64,000 bases of DNA from Eledone cirrhosa (GCA_964016885.1 CAXHJY010000626.1:21582-85581); one strand, 5' to 3'; numbered from the stretch's first letter, positions 31,330 through 45,030 are shown. Translations and numbers: made by a program. The notes: generated by a model from the letters alone, not told the origin.

Positions 31330-31620
31330 TCATCTTGTCCATGTGGTGGATTTGTCATCTGCTTCGTCAGACTCAATCTTCTAACACATTTGCCTATGGC
31401 TTCGTCTGTCTTATTCCAGATCTTTTTTTCCACTTGTTTATCTGGCACTTCTTTACTTAAGGAGCATCCGTCCATACGCATCACATGTCTGTAACAACGT
31501 AAACTTCTCTGTTGCATATTATATACTATTCCTCCAATAACCCTGTTTTGTCTAAGTTCGTTTGCTCACTGTCGTTCATGTGGACTAACATTGCATAAAG
31601 AGCAGAACATGATCGCTACA
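31330..31620 (-). pseudogene. Old RTE LINE 3' fragment
   Basis: QQRSLRCYRHVMRMD resembles RRLRWYGHVMRMD. Confidence 0.55.
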
Positions 31621-31832
31621 TTTCTCCGCAATCGCTGTGCATCATCTGCGTTATATTGTTTATGTTTCCCTATCATGCAACATTGTTAAATCAACATTCA
31701 AGTACGGAACATACAGTTATTTCATGTTCAATTTGTTAGACTATTTTATATATTCCAAAAAATACGTTGAAACTTCTAACTCTAACATAATTTTCAATGA
31801 ATGCATATCCGTTCAACGTTTTGAAAAATAGG

Positions 31833-31867
<35 letters not shown>

Positions 31868-31879
31868 TGTGTTTGTGTT

Positions 31880-31920
<41 letters not shown>

Positions 31921-31922
<2 letters not shown>

Positions 31923-32035
31923 CGAAGGAGTTGTGGTAAGGAACCAGATGGACCATAACGCACCAGAGTACTCAATACTAAGGGTAGTAGAGTGGGTAAT
32001 AGGAAAATGTATGACCCCGATATACATTTTTCTAT
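31921..32035 (-). mobile_element. PLE 3' tail, same family as 38123-38316
   Basis: Reverse complement of 38225-38316, between TA tracts, with a small terminal hairpin. Confidence 0.7.
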
Positions 32036-32072
32036 ATATGTATATATATATATATATACATCTCTCTCTCTT

Positions 32073-32132
<60 letters not shown>

Positions 32133-33084
32133 TATTTGTCATATGTAATTGTCAAATATTATTATCGCCCACTGTGTCCTTCCAAACCACCAATTTTTCT
32201 CTTCTGTCTCCTCGTTGTTTTTTTTTTATTTTGTTCTATTAACTCCATCTTGCTTGTCTGTCGTCTGCTTATGTATATATGTTTGCGTTTGTTTGTCTGC
32301 GTCTATGTGCTTGTCCTTTTGCTTTACTACTTTCACAATCATTTGTATTTAGTGTGTGCATGCAACTGTGTATGTGTATCTGTGTACTGTGTATTTACGT
32401 GTGTCTTAGCCTGTTTTCTCCTCTGCACGATAGCATCTGATATCGAAAGTTCAGAAGCACTAGCTCAGCCTAGATAACCTCACAGAGGATGTGTTCAGGT
32501 GCGCCCAACGATAGGTATAAACAAAATCTATGTCCCTGTCTATCTCAATGAAAAATAATTGATCAAATTATTTCGAAATATAGCTGGTTCAAACTTGTTT
32601 TTCTTTTTTAATATTCTATAAATTTTGAAATATAGTTTCTGTTTACAATATTTTGTTTGATCAACATGTCTGGCGAGTTTAAATTAAATATAATTTTATT
32701 AGATTCTGAAATATTCATTATTATATTATATATATTGTATTATATTAACATCATATTAATTATATCGAATTCCATTCATTTAAAGATTGTGTTTGTATTA
32801 ATTATAGTAATATATTTAGATCAACATTGAACATAGGGCGATGTAATGGAAGAATTAATAGAACGACAGATGTATATATGTGACTTGAGATATTTAAATA
32901 TCTCTTTGCATGCTCTGAGTTCAAATCTCGACGTGGTCCACTTTGGCTGTCTGTATCGAACCCCAGGTGGTGTTAAAATAATTACCAGTGATGTAGTGGT
33001 GTCTAACAAATCATTTAGCAAGGTGTTCGTGCTGCCGCCATTTAAAACTAGTGTGTTAAACATTCGCTATATGTAAATGTAATT

Positions 33085-33205
33085 AATTGTTTCTACTTTA
33101 GGCACAAGGCCAGCAATTAACCAGTGCATTACTGGTACTTTATTTTATCGACCCCGTAAGGATGAAAGGCAAAGTAAACCTCGACGGGATTTGAACTCAG
33201 ATCGT
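33085..33205 (-). mobile_element. SINE family 2 fragment
   Basis: CTGGTACTTTATTTTATCGACCCCGTAAGGATGAAAGGCAAAG. Confidence 0.75.
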
Positions 33206-33464
33206 ACTAGCTAGTCAATCTGCGCTATATGTAAATAAATATGTAAATGAGCCATCAGCAAAACACGTTATAAGAAGATATATGCTTTTTTTACCTCGAT
33301 ATCTCGTAATAAATAAGCGGCTACTGATGAAAAATTAATGAAATCTGAGATAATTATATATTTGAATTTACTGCTTAAAACATTCAAGGCGAGTACATAT
33401 GCTTTTAATTTATCTTTATCCCTCGCGCGCTCTCTTTCTCTCTCTCTCTCTCTCTTCATATCTC

Positions 33465-33509
<45 letters not shown>

Positions 33510-33755
33510 ATATACTCCCCTCTTTCTCTCCACACACACGCATACACATGTGAAAGACACGTATAAATAAGGATGCAGAGGAGATCGAGAATTTTGAAAA
33601 TAGAATTAGTAGCTTTCACCATAAATTGACGACAGAATCTAATATTAGGACACATGGACCCTCATAACGTAAGATATACGATAGGTATTTTTTTTTTATG
33701 TTCTTTGGGAAAGGACAAAAGATATATATAATAGTCATCCATGTAGGAAATGACT

Positions 33756-33860
<105 letters not shown>

Positions 33861-33865
33861 TACCA

Positions 33866-34110
33866 GTGGTGGCCTAGTGGTAAGAGTGTTGGACTTATGA
33901 TCATAATGTCGTGGGTTCGATTCCTGGGTTGCGTGTTGTGTTTTTGAGCAAAACACGTCATTTCACGTTGCTCCAGTTTACTCAGTTGGAGGTTTGACCC
34001 TGCAATGGACTGGCGTCCTGTCCAGGGGGGAGTCTTGTACTCTCAGTCGCTTCACGCCATGAAACCGGGATAAGCACCGGCCAAACGAGCCTTCTGGCTT
34101 AAGACAGACT
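33866..34110 (+). mobile_element. tRNA-derived CORE-like SINE with a different tail, next to (CA)n at 33758-33856
   Basis: A box TGGCCTAGTGG, B box GGTTCGATTCC, TTGAGCAAAACAC..TTCACGTTGCTCCAG shared with the 6076 copy. Confidence 0.8.
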
Positions 34111-34154
34111 TTAGACATTTTAGATATGGTTACTCCCGATTGAACCAGGTATAA

Positions 34155-34255
<101 letters not shown>

Positions 34256-34336
34256 CCGTAGAGCAAATATTCTGTTTCAGAAATCAGCGATTCTTTGTTT
34301 AAACGTTAAGCTGTTCTTATATATATATATATATAT

Positions 34337-34371
<35 letters not shown>

Positions 34372-34789
34372 GTATAATGCTTTATATAAATTAACATATA
34401 AAATGAAAGTGTTGTGCACTGGGGATTATAGTTTATAGAATATATTTCATGTACGGAATCTTCATCCAAGAGACTGTAGTTTCAATTAGTTTGTCATTAA
34501 TATACAACTCTTTACAACAGAAACCCATACATGCATTTAAATTACTATCGTTTGTGATTTTATTTGATGAATTACGTATGTTAGTGCAAATCGAGTATAT
34601 GTTTAACATGGTAAACCTATGGAGAATTCCTCTCTCCCTCTCTCTCCAAAACTATACAGGCATAAATGATGGTATTGTTAAATAATGACTTCGAAATTAT
34701 TAGGAAACGAAATTACTATTATCTCGTAAATTGAGTAAATTATTCATGTAACATCTGCATTCATAATTTTATAATTCGACGTAAAGTGA

Positions 34790-35190
34790 AGCGAATGTTA
34801 ATGACAGAATCGAAAGAGCTTCTTCGATCACTTATTTCTGGGAGGGTCATGGGGTCGAGTCCTCAGTGATCCTGTCAGAAGCAACCAGCCATCGCCAATT
34901 GATCCAGCTGGATCCCAAAGTGAGACCAGCCGAGCTCATGAATGTTATCCAACCATCTCGCACGGGATCTACCACTGGGTCTCCTGTTGTTCGTTGGTTT
35001 CGCCCGTAAAATCTGTTCAGCGACTCTTGTTTGAGACATTTTAAACATGTCTGTAATATCAGAGAAGTAGCGGCTCTACCTGGAGCTACGCAGTCTATCG
35101 AGTAACGTTACTCCAAAGAGCCTTCGGAAAGCCCTATTTCGACCGCTTGAATTTGTGATCGGATTCTTCTGGTCATTACTCAAGATTGAT
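34790..35190 (-). pseudogene. Old RTE (Expander/Rex3-like) LINE 3' fragment
   Basis: FRRLFGVTLLDRLRSS and RRPSGRSRARWLDNIHELGWSHFGI. Confidence 0.7.
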
Positions 35191-35259
35191 GACCCAAAGA
35201 GCGCCGGAGAAAATATCTTGTGACACTTCTTCCAACTCTTCACGTTCTGTGTTCGATCT

Positions 35260-35410
35260 TGATAGCTGCAATTTTTGTGTTTTCGATGCTCAGAGAGTGG
35301 GATTGGTCGAGTGCAAGGCCTTTCCACACTTAAAACAGCTTCAAAGAACAAGCATTTTCTATAATCTGACAAGCGATTGCAATACTCTCAGCAGAGTTTG
35401 CAGCCATCAT
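35260..35410 (+). mobile_element. Older non-autonomous RTE-derived 3' fragment
   Basis: CTCAGAGAGTGGGATTGG...GCAGCCATCATGTATG, homologous to 46900-47045. Confidence 0.6.
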
Positions 35411-35682
35411 GTATGTATATGCATGTATGCAAGTATCTATATATGTATGAGGGCTACGAGGGATGTTGGATGACAGAAGTAATGTTACGATGTCGTATTT
35501 TCTTACATCGTCAAGAAGTAGGGAAGCCATAACACGAGTACCTGTGATAAATTAGTGTTGTGGTAAACAAACATGTTTCAACGTGGTACTCCAGTATAAC
35601 CGCAGTGTAATAACTGAAGCCAAGGAAACAATGAAGGAACTCAGTAGAATGTGTTTGTGTCTTTAATGTTCATTATATATAA

Positions 35683-35874
35683 TAAGGCGGTGAATTGGCA
35701 GTATCGGTAGAGGGTTGGACGCCATGCTTTGACGCATTAGTTACGGCCCTTGCCATTCTGAGAGGAAATCTCGTCGAGGTTAACTTTGCCTTTCATCCTT
35801 ACGGGGTCGATAAAATAAAGTACCAGTAATACACTGAGATAATTGCTGGTCTTGTGCCAAAACGTAGAAACAAT

Positions 35875-35876
<2 letters not shown>
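35683..35876 (+). mobile_element. SINE family 2, near full length
   Basis: Matches 48679-48870 and 50760-50952 in reverse. Confidence 0.85.
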
Positions 35877-35908
<32 letters not shown>

Positions 35909-35981
35909 AGAGAGAGTACTATATTTATGCATGTGCTTGTGTGCATGATTGAAGTGATGCATGTATATGTCATATATATAT

Positions 35982-36023
<42 letters not shown>

Positions 36024-37238
36024 CATTTATATATATATATATATATATAATACATTTATATATTATATATATATATAATACATACAATGCATATATACAT
36101 TTAAATCACGCATACACGTGCATAAATATAAAAGAAAATACCACCATACACACACACACACGTGTGTGTGTATGGTGGTATTTTCTTTTATATTTATGCA
36201 CGTGTATGCGTGATTTAAATGTGTATATGTATTTGTTGTGTGTGTATGTATCTATTATATATGTGTTTGTATGTCTGTATTTGTTATGTTTGTGTATTTA
36301 TGTGTGTGTAATGTAAGTGTACATGTATTTTTGTGTGTGCATGTATTTGTAATATATATATATATGTGTGTGTGTAATTTAAGTGTATGTATGTATTTAT
36401 GTGTGTATATTATATTTATGCTTGTGCGTGTTAATTTAGTTTATGCATGGCTATTTTATAGTGTTTATACATATATATATATATACGTGCGTGTTTGTTT
36501 CTGTGTATGTTTAAATGTGTGTTCAGTGCTGTAAGGTTAAGTTAATTCGTTGTTTATGTAAGATTTCCCAGCTGGCAGGATTAATTAGATCCGAAGATTG
36601 AGATATCTGGAATTGATAGATTGAGGCAGTTGGGAAATTTCCAATATGACTTTCAAATATTGCCTCCTTTTCTCATTTTAGAGGATCGCAGAAGTAAACA
36701 AAATAACGAAAAAATGTAATGTCAGTAAATTCCACTGACAAATTGAAATTTTATCGTATTTTCACAACCTGGAAAATAAATAATTAAGTTAATTTGATTT
36801 AATCCTGATTAGTTAATAAGAATTTATATTTCATGAAGATTTGAACGCAGCATAACAAAATGTTTATGATGTTTGCTACGAAATCAGAAGGTGCCATGAC
36901 ATCGTCACACTGTATATTTTACCATAGCCTCCAGTTGACTCAACCCTTGTGAATGACATTATTATAAAATGTATCATGCTGAATCTCCCTGAGAATGATG
37001 TTAAAGATTAACATCTGCCAGTGGAAAGCTCAGTCAGTTACAGTAAGCTCATCTTATATATTGTTATACTTGGGGAGGGTCATATTATTGTAATAATATG
37101 ACCCTTCCCAAGCATAACAATATTTGTTTCGACACACGATTTCATATCAAAAACCTTGCAAAACAAATTCATCGTCGTTATATCTATATTTGTTAATGTT
37201 TTGAATAATAATAATAATAATAAATATATATTATTCAA

Positions 37239-37578
37239 AATATTATTCAAAATATTAACAAATGAGGATATTCGTATAATCAAAATATATGCTTTATTAT
37301 ATATATTTCGAAGGTACTGTTTTTTTTTTTCCAGTACGTTCTCGTCAGATAAAATATTATTTAAAAATATTATTTTAGCTGACGAAGACGTACTGGAAAA
37401 ACAACACAGTACCTTCGAAATATATATAATAAAGCATATATTTTGATTATGTGAATATCCTCATTTGTTAATATTTTGAATAATATTAAAACTCCATTTA
37501 TTTTTTTCCTGTTGAGTGCCTTTAATCTATTGTAAAACTGTATTCATTGAGTAATCAATGAACCATATTAATCTTTGG

Positions 37579-37580
<2 letters not shown>
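37239..37580 (+). mobile_element. PLE pLTR fold-back (~120 bp arms) with two opposed hammerheads
   Basis: IR ~37239-37360 / ~37366-37487, then a tail with TTGAGTGC followed by (TA)n. Confidence 0.85.
37293..37353 (-). ncRNA. Type-I hammerhead ribozyme (mirror copy ~37373-37433 on +)
   Basis: TTTAT-CTGACGA-GAACGTACTG..CAGTACCTTC-GAA-ATATATAT-A-ATAAA. Confidence 0.85.
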
Positions 37581-37624
<44 letters not shown>

Positions 37625-37626
<2 letters not shown>

Positions 37627-38090
37627 TATGAAGAGAGAAGAAACATTTAGATATAATTAGTAATAAAATGTATCATACCTAAACTGTTCCTAGATTCCTC
37701 GACTACGTAGTTTCGTGGCATAAACAAAAACAATACATCATAAAGATATAGAGTCCCTGCGAGGTCTGCCGACTTATCAAGAGGATACCTCATTTTACTA
37801 GCCTCAAGAACGCGTCTACACGACGTGAGAAAGAATCCCAAAAGGCGGAGGGGGAGATAGTCACGCGATATAACGGTCGAGAAACATTATTTATTACTAA
37901 TTATATCTAAATGTTTCTTCTCTCTTCATAATGTATTTTTAACTCTGATACTGGTTCAGTCTGGTTCAACCGGATTGGTCTGTCCCAGTCATTCATTGAG
38001 CAACATCGGTGAGGTTGGCACCCTTAACTCACGGTTGGGTGTGGATGCATTCATGTATATGTGTGTGTCCGCATGTATCTGTGTGTTTCT
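37625..38090 (+). mobile_element. Probable PLE remnant with a ~40 bp inverted repeat
   Basis: IR 37625-37665 / 37890-37933, TA tracts at both ends. Confidence 0.5.
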
Positions 38091-38122
38091 AAATATATAT
38101 TTATATATATATATATATTTAT

Positions 38123-38315
38123 ATAGGAACGAGTAGGACCCCGACGGCTGAGCTCAAGCCGTTTCGACGGCTAATTCAGTCCATAATTAGCCGTCGAAAC
38201 GGCTTGAGCTCAGCCGTCGGGGTCCTACTCGTTCCTATTACCCACTCTACTACCCTAAGTATTGAGTACTTTGGTGCGTTTTGGTCCACCTGGTTCCTTA
38301 CCACATTTCCTTCGT

Positions 38316-38316
<1 letters not shown>
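38123..38316 (+). mobile_element. PLE 3' end: perfect 54 bp hairpin containing the 3' half of a hammerhead
   Basis: Arms 38123-38176 / 38185-38238, containing GAA-ACGGCT(tgagctc)AGCCGT-C-GGGGTC. Confidence 0.75.
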
Positions 38317-38350
<34 letters not shown>

Positions 38351-38559
38351 TATATACAATTTTTATAGCACAATTAACGTTACTATAGAGAATATCTCTG
38401 TAGATAGTATTATAAAGGTAGGTAGATGTTAGTGTTATAGTGAGAAGATAACAATCTCTGCAACACTTCTGTGTTCAGAGAGGAGAGTAGAAAGTGAATT
38501 TACACTTCCTGCTTTTCACAGCCAGGATTCTAATTTAGTTATATTTACATTGAAACTTT

Positions 38560-38825
38560 CCTCTCCTTTTTCTTCTTTATCTTCATTTTTTTTCTTTTTT
38601 TCTTATTTTCTTTTTTCTTTTTTTCTTTTTTTCCTTTTTTCTTTTTTTCTTTTTTTCTTTTTTTCTTTTTTTCTTTTTTTCTTTTTTTCTTTTTTTCTTT
38701 TTTTCTTTTTTTTTCTTTTTTTCTTTTTCTCTTTTTTTCTTTTTCTTTTTTTCTTTTTTCTTTTTTCTTTTTCTTTCGCTTTTTCTTTCGCATTTTCTTT
38801 CTCTTTTTCTTTCTCTTTTTTCCTC
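38560..38825. repeat. Polypyrimidine (TnC) tract
   Basis: Read directly from sequence. Confidence 0.95.
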
Positions 38826-39587
38826 TTTGTGTGTGTGTGTAATAAGAGAAAGTGTCTGTGAGTGTGTGTTTGTGTATAATAAACAGAATGGCGATGACTG
38901 GAATGTCTTTGATCATGTTTTCATCATGATGACTGTCCTGGGGTTACTTAACAAAATATATTAAAACATTCACTTTGGGCCTTATTTTATTTCATATAAA
39001 CGCAGCCAAGCATAACACTATCTAATATATAATTTATCGCAAATTTATTATTATAGATCAATCGTTATATTTACTCAGCTGTATGAATAAAAAAAAATAC
39101 ACTTCCTTTCAGATATGCTCACTGATATTTTCGACAAGTTTCTTGATATTTTCGTTCTTCTATATCTAATCGAACATATGGCTTTTCAGTTTTTAATTTA
39201 CCTTTGGATACGCGTTATTTAGGACCAAAGTGTATAATGGGGTCTGTTTATTCTTATTTTATGATGGGAGTGTGATGTACGGGAGATTTCATTGCTATTT
39301 CTAGTAGATCGAGCGATTATATAACGTCTGCTTTGTTATCTCGATAACCTAATGGATACAGTGTCTGATTTTTACCTTCGTGTTATTTTTTATGCTTACT
39401 TCACGAGAGATAGGGAGCGATAGATATAGAGAGAGACGGAGGCAGTGACTATAACAGCATTGCTGAAGTATTTTGTGAAGGGTTAGTTATAGCTGGAATC
39501 TCTCTTGTTGACGAAGACAAACAAACAATTATGAATTTTTGAAGGCTAGAAAACGTTACCAAATTGTGACTTACGACCTCGAAATGA

Positions 39588-39782
39588 TAATTTCTAATTT
39601 TTGCACAAGGCCAGCAATTTGGAGTCGATTACATGGACCCCGTGCGTTACTGGTGCTTTATCCAAAAGGATGAAAGGCAAACTATGCTCGGTGGGATTTG
39701 AATTCAGTGCATAAAGAGCCATAACTCTATGTCGCTAAGCATCTTGTCCGACGCTCTACCGATTCTGCCAATCCACCGCCCT
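39588..39782 (-). mobile_element. SINE family 2 copy
   Basis: GATTCTGCCAATCCACCGCC head (reverse) and AAGGATGAAAGGCAAA. Confidence 0.75.
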
Positions 39783-40220
39783 AATAATAATAATAATAAT
39801 ATCAACAACAACAGTGGTAACAAGTCTGACAGAGCAATTCTGACAGAGCATCAACAGTCTGATTCACACGATTGATTGCGTTACAGGTTTAACATTTCTT
39901 AACAACCGATCAAACGAAAAAAGTAAATCAAAGTCACATTATTTCACGTTCGTTTTTTTCCTTCATTCACCTCATCTCCATCATTCCTCTTTCATCCACA
40001 TGACTTTCTCATAACTTTCATATTTTAAAATCTATATTTATCAATATTCGATTACTGCTTAAAAATATTTTCCCTCATCAAAAAAAAAAAAAAAAAAAAA
40101 AAAAACTTGTAATCATTTAAAAATGATTTCAGAAAAAAAAAAAATGATATTCTGTTTGCAAATCAAATATTCTCCAACAACAAAAACGCAAATCTCATAT
40201 CTTTATATATCTTTATATAT

Positions 40221-40282
<62 letters not shown>

Positions 40283-40319
40283 TAACTCAACAAGATTTAT
40301 AGAGAAATAGCATACGTAC

Positions 40320-40633
40320 ATCTTTGTGGTGAAGTGTGGTACATCGTATTGTTTGTAGTTTTTTGTTTGCTGCTCTTTTTTATTCTTGTATTTTGCGATA
40401 TTCTGTGTGTAGTTGCTGCGGTCAAAATCAAAACACATGTAATGGTAACAAACATATAAAACCAAATGATAAATGCGTCTTTGTTATTGACGTAAGGAAT
40501 ATAATCAATCACTGGCAGCTGAATGTCCAATTTCTGGTTTTTGATTATATTCTTTGTATTCTTCTAATTCTGTTGCTAACTCTTCGGTTCTTTCCTGTTG
40601 TAATAAATCTTCTGAAGTCATTAACAGTTAAAT
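40320..40633 (-). other. Candidate host-gene exon (5' UTR plus a start codon encoding a signal-peptide-like N-terminus)
   Basis: Acceptor TTTCGTTTCCTGGTTTTTCTTGCAG| and donor |GTACGT. ATG at 40455 gives MFVTITCVLILTAATTHRISQ... Unique, non-repetitive sequence. Confidence 0.3.
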
Positions 40634-40942
40634 CTGCAAGAAAAACCAGGAAACGAAGTGAAAGTTCCCAAATAAAATATGTCATAGCTTTTTACATTGT
40701 AAAGTCAGAACAGATGCATCGTCGATGTAATCAGTCAGAAAAATGTCTGAAGATTTAACCACAAGCCGAGCTATTTTCATCTTCGTAAGATATTTACACA
40801 ATGACTTTGAAGTAATTCTATTTAGAAAATTATCAATACCCCCGCTCTTCCCTTTCCGTCTTGTTTCACTCACTCACTCAATCTCTCACTCACTCACTCT
40901 CTCTCATTCATTCGTTCACTCTCTTTCTCTTATATATATTTG

Positions 40943-40978
<36 letters not shown>

Positions 40979-41227
40979 AATATATATATATATAAACGAA
41001 AAAAATGAAACGAAATTTCATTTCCCACTCTTAGTACGGCTGTTACTTAAATATAAGTATGTACACGTACATACATATATGTATACACGTACATACATAT
41101 ATATATACGTACATGTATATATGTGTGCATGTATGTGTATATATATATATATATATACTACTGTACGTCTGTATACATATATGTATATATTTGTATATAT
41201 ATATATATATATATTTGTATATATTTG

Positions 41228-41262
<35 letters not shown>

Positions 41263-41281
41263 ATATATTTGTATATATTTG

Positions 41282-41318
<37 letters not shown>

Positions 41319-41500
41319 ATATTTGTATATATATATGTATATATATATTTGTATATATATATGTATATATAGAAAGTTATATTTAAATTGCTGGGTTACA
41401 ACTAGTAAATATTTATAACTGATATAAAAGCACTCAACAAGTATTTGGAGTATATTTACGATATTAAATAAATGGAAACTATATTTATAAAACCATATTT

Positions 41501-41564
41501 ATTTCATTATATATATTTCAGGGATATCATATTAACAATATGTTATGCCTTCTTCAGACAAAAT
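41501..41564 (-). ncRNA. Type-I hammerhead ribozyme in a PLE pLTR (tail to ~41371)
   Basis: ATTTTGT-CTGAAGA-AGGCATAACATATT(gtt)AATATGATATCCCT-GAA-ATATATAT-A-ATGAAAT. Confidence 0.88.
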
Positions 41565-41687
41565 ACAATATAGACAGTTTTATAGATAAATAGATTTGAC
41601 ATACCGTTCAACATCGACTTGTATTTGAAAAAGTTGATTTGGCAGTGAAAAATTGTAAACAGAAAGAAAGAAAGAAAGAAAGAAGGA

Positions 41688-41719
<32 letters not shown>

Positions 41720-42433
41720 AAACGAAGAAAAAGAAGAAAAAGAAGAAATGCATGCAACAAAATAGAGAGATGGAAAGATAGATAAAGAGAAGAACTTCAT
41801 GTAAAGAAACAGAGAGAGATATATCGAGAGAGGAAATAGATAGAGATAGATATATATAGAGAAAAGTAGGTAGTTGGACGACGTATCAATGATACCTTTA
41901 TTTATTTATTTATTTATTTATTTAGCTCTAGTATTAATGTAAGAGAGTTATATGTCGTTAGGAAAGAAACCAGCCGTTATATAGAGAGAAAAATGAAAAG
42001 TAACCAGACATAGGCGAGGCAGAATTCAAAAACCCTATGTTTTAATGTAGAAGTATTAGTTCGTATAAAAACCAGGCACTATAATGTAAATATCAGTATT
42101 CCTGAATGAGACACGTATCTATAATGTGTGAAAAGTAATGATCTTATGTCTAGTTTTAAAAATTCATATGTTTATATGATAACTACAAACATCGATGTGA
42201 ATTTACGTGATCAACTCTGCAAACCCCTATTTCACACGGAGAACATTCTCATTGTGCTATAAAAATTTAAGTATACATATATGTGTATATATACACACAT
42301 ATATATAGAGTCTATATTAATTTTAACAATACTATTCTTGTCTTTACTCTACATGATTATCTATCAAGCAGAAATAGAGAACAGATTTCAATATTAATAA
42401 AAATATCAGAAACAAAAACAAAAAAATACAAAA

Positions 42434-42464
<31 letters not shown>

Positions 42465-42968
42465 TAAACAAATAAATAAAATAGAAAACTAAAAAAAAAA
42501 AAAAAAAAAAAATATTACATATTAAAAATGAAAATATTAAAAATATTAAAAAATATTATTAAAAAATATTAAAATAATAAAAATAAAAACATAAAAACAT
42601 AATATGCCACGCAAATCGACCACAAAGATCAACCCTTCAAAATTAATTGACAATATATTGCCAAGTTCATTATAAGCATCAGAGTCGAAAACAGATAAAG
42701 CTAAAAATTATTCACCAAATTGCGTCTAGCAGAAATCATTTCAAAATTTTAGGATGCCCATTTGGTCTACATATGTTCTTATATTTAATATAGAAGTTTA
42801 TCTAGTGTAACGTTTATTCGATATATTTGGAGCATCAACTTTTAGGGTAGTTTAATTTTTCATGAAGAATGTTTAAAATAAAAATAAAAATAAAAAGAAG
42901 AATAAAAAGAAGAAATCGAAAGATTTATCGGCTAGTTTCCCAAATAATTACAAATCAAACTAAATATA

Positions 42969-43382
42969 CTACATTTTAAATTTAAATTTATATTTAAAAG
43001 TTGAGTTCAATCTATGTTTGCAGCAACTGAATACATTTGTCCGTAGATTAAGGGAATTTTTAGATTTTAGTATAAAGAATATCTCCTCCGCGCAGAGGTC
43101 ACATGTCTCAGAGGATGAATTAAAAGGAATCCCTCTTGAGACTATATTCCAAGCCGTCGAATATCTAACGTTATCTTGCCTAAGTTGCCAGAGTACGCCT
43201 GATAGTGCTGTTGAAGATTTTTTGCTTGGATCTGTGAAAGAATTCTTGTGGTTATTATAGCGAAGTTTAAATTCCGTCGATGTGGAACCGACGTAGTTAA
43301 AAGAATTAGAGTCCGTTTTAACATTACAGTTGTATATTATATTTTTAACTAAGCAGTTGTTATTTAACGGACATTTAGATCT
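42969..43382 (-). pseudogene. Naiad-type PLE GIY-YIG endonuclease (no ATG, so missing from the ORF track)
   Basis: Manual translation [83 protein letters not shown]. Confidence 0.9.
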
Positions 43383-43689
43383 ATAAAATTAACCTACTCA
43401 TCCACCAAAAATTTAGCACAAAATATTAATAGAATAAATAATAGGAACTTAAAACCTAGCGATAATAGCATAAATAATATACAAGTTAACAAATGTAACT
43501 GTAGAGATAGATCTAAATGTCCGTTAAATAACAACTGCTTAGTTAAAAATATAATATACAACTGTAATGTTAAAACGGACTCTAATACTTTTAACTACGT
43601 CGGTTCCACATCGACGGAATTTAAACTTCGCTATAATAACCACAAGAATTCTTTCACAGATCCAAGCAAAAAATCTTCAACAGCACTAT
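43383..43689 (+). pseudogene. Inverted segment of the same Naiad-type ORF (linker plus endonuclease N-half)
   Basis: [19 protein letters not shown]...[25 protein letters not shown]. It creates a 182 bp IR (43202-43383 / 43508-43689). Confidence 0.9.
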
Positions 43690-43971
43690 ATGTATATATA
43701 TATATTTGTATATTTATATGTATATATATATTTGTATATATATGTATATATATGTTTGTATATATATATATGTATATATATATTTGTATATATATATATG
43801 TATATATATATTTGTATATATATATGTATATATATATTTGTATATTTATATGTATATATATATTTGTATATATATATATATTTGCATATATATATATATT
43901 TGCATATATATATATATATATATTTTGCACATATATATATATATTTGTATATATATATATATATATATATT

Positions 43972-44006
<35 letters not shown>

Positions 44007-44033
44007 ATATATATATATATATATATATATTTG

Positions 44034-44064
<31 letters not shown>

Positions 44065-44105
44065 ATATATATATATATATATATATTTGTATATATATAT
44101 ATTTG

Positions 44106-44136
<31 letters not shown>

Positions 44137-44231
44137 ATATATATATATATATATATTTGTATATATATATATATTTGTATATATATATATATATTTGTAT
44201 ATATATATATATTTGTATATATATATATATT

Positions 44232-44270
<39 letters not shown>

Positions 44271-44297
44271 ATATATATATATATTTGTATATATATA

Positions 44298-44359
<62 letters not shown>

Positions 44360-44387
44360 CAAATATATATATATTTGTATATATATA

Positions 44388-44432
<45 letters not shown>
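43690..44432. repeat. (TA)n array with TTTG interruptions
   Basis: Read directly from sequence. Confidence 0.95.
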
Positions 44433-44436
<4 letters not shown>

Positions 44437-44545
44437 AATGATTCTCTGTTTTCTTCGGAAAATATATTTATTCCATTCCAGAAACTAATTAGTTGGAAGT
44501 GATATTTTAGTAAGTAAGTTAATTTTATAATTTTCTTATTTTACG

Positions 44546-44634
<89 letters not shown>

Positions 44635-45030
44635 CAAATATATATATATAGATATAGATATAGATATATATATATAGATATATATGTATGCATATGTGTG
44701 TGTGTAGAGAGGGAGAGAGAGAGAGAAAAAAAGTAGGAAGGAAGGAAGTTACTACATTAGATTAATTAGACCATGTTCAGCAAAGTACTCGATAGTTGAG
44801 AAAGTAGTATGCGTATATGTTTATATGTATGTCTGATACAAAATATATACACTTCCACATATACAATAACATTAGTACCTGCACAGACACAGACTGACAC
44901 ACACACACACACACAATGTTATCTAAATTCCAATGAAAGTGTCTTATCTGTTAGAAACTGACTTTCTCTATTGGTACCAATTTATAAAATCATGAAGCCA
45001 GATCATTCATAAATCCACATACATACATAC

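Noticed and set aside
33323-33355. CTGATGA...GAAA hammerhead-like text (also 29254, 42101, 45812, 37695-37745)
   Set aside because: Stems I/II or the core cannot be formed convincingly.
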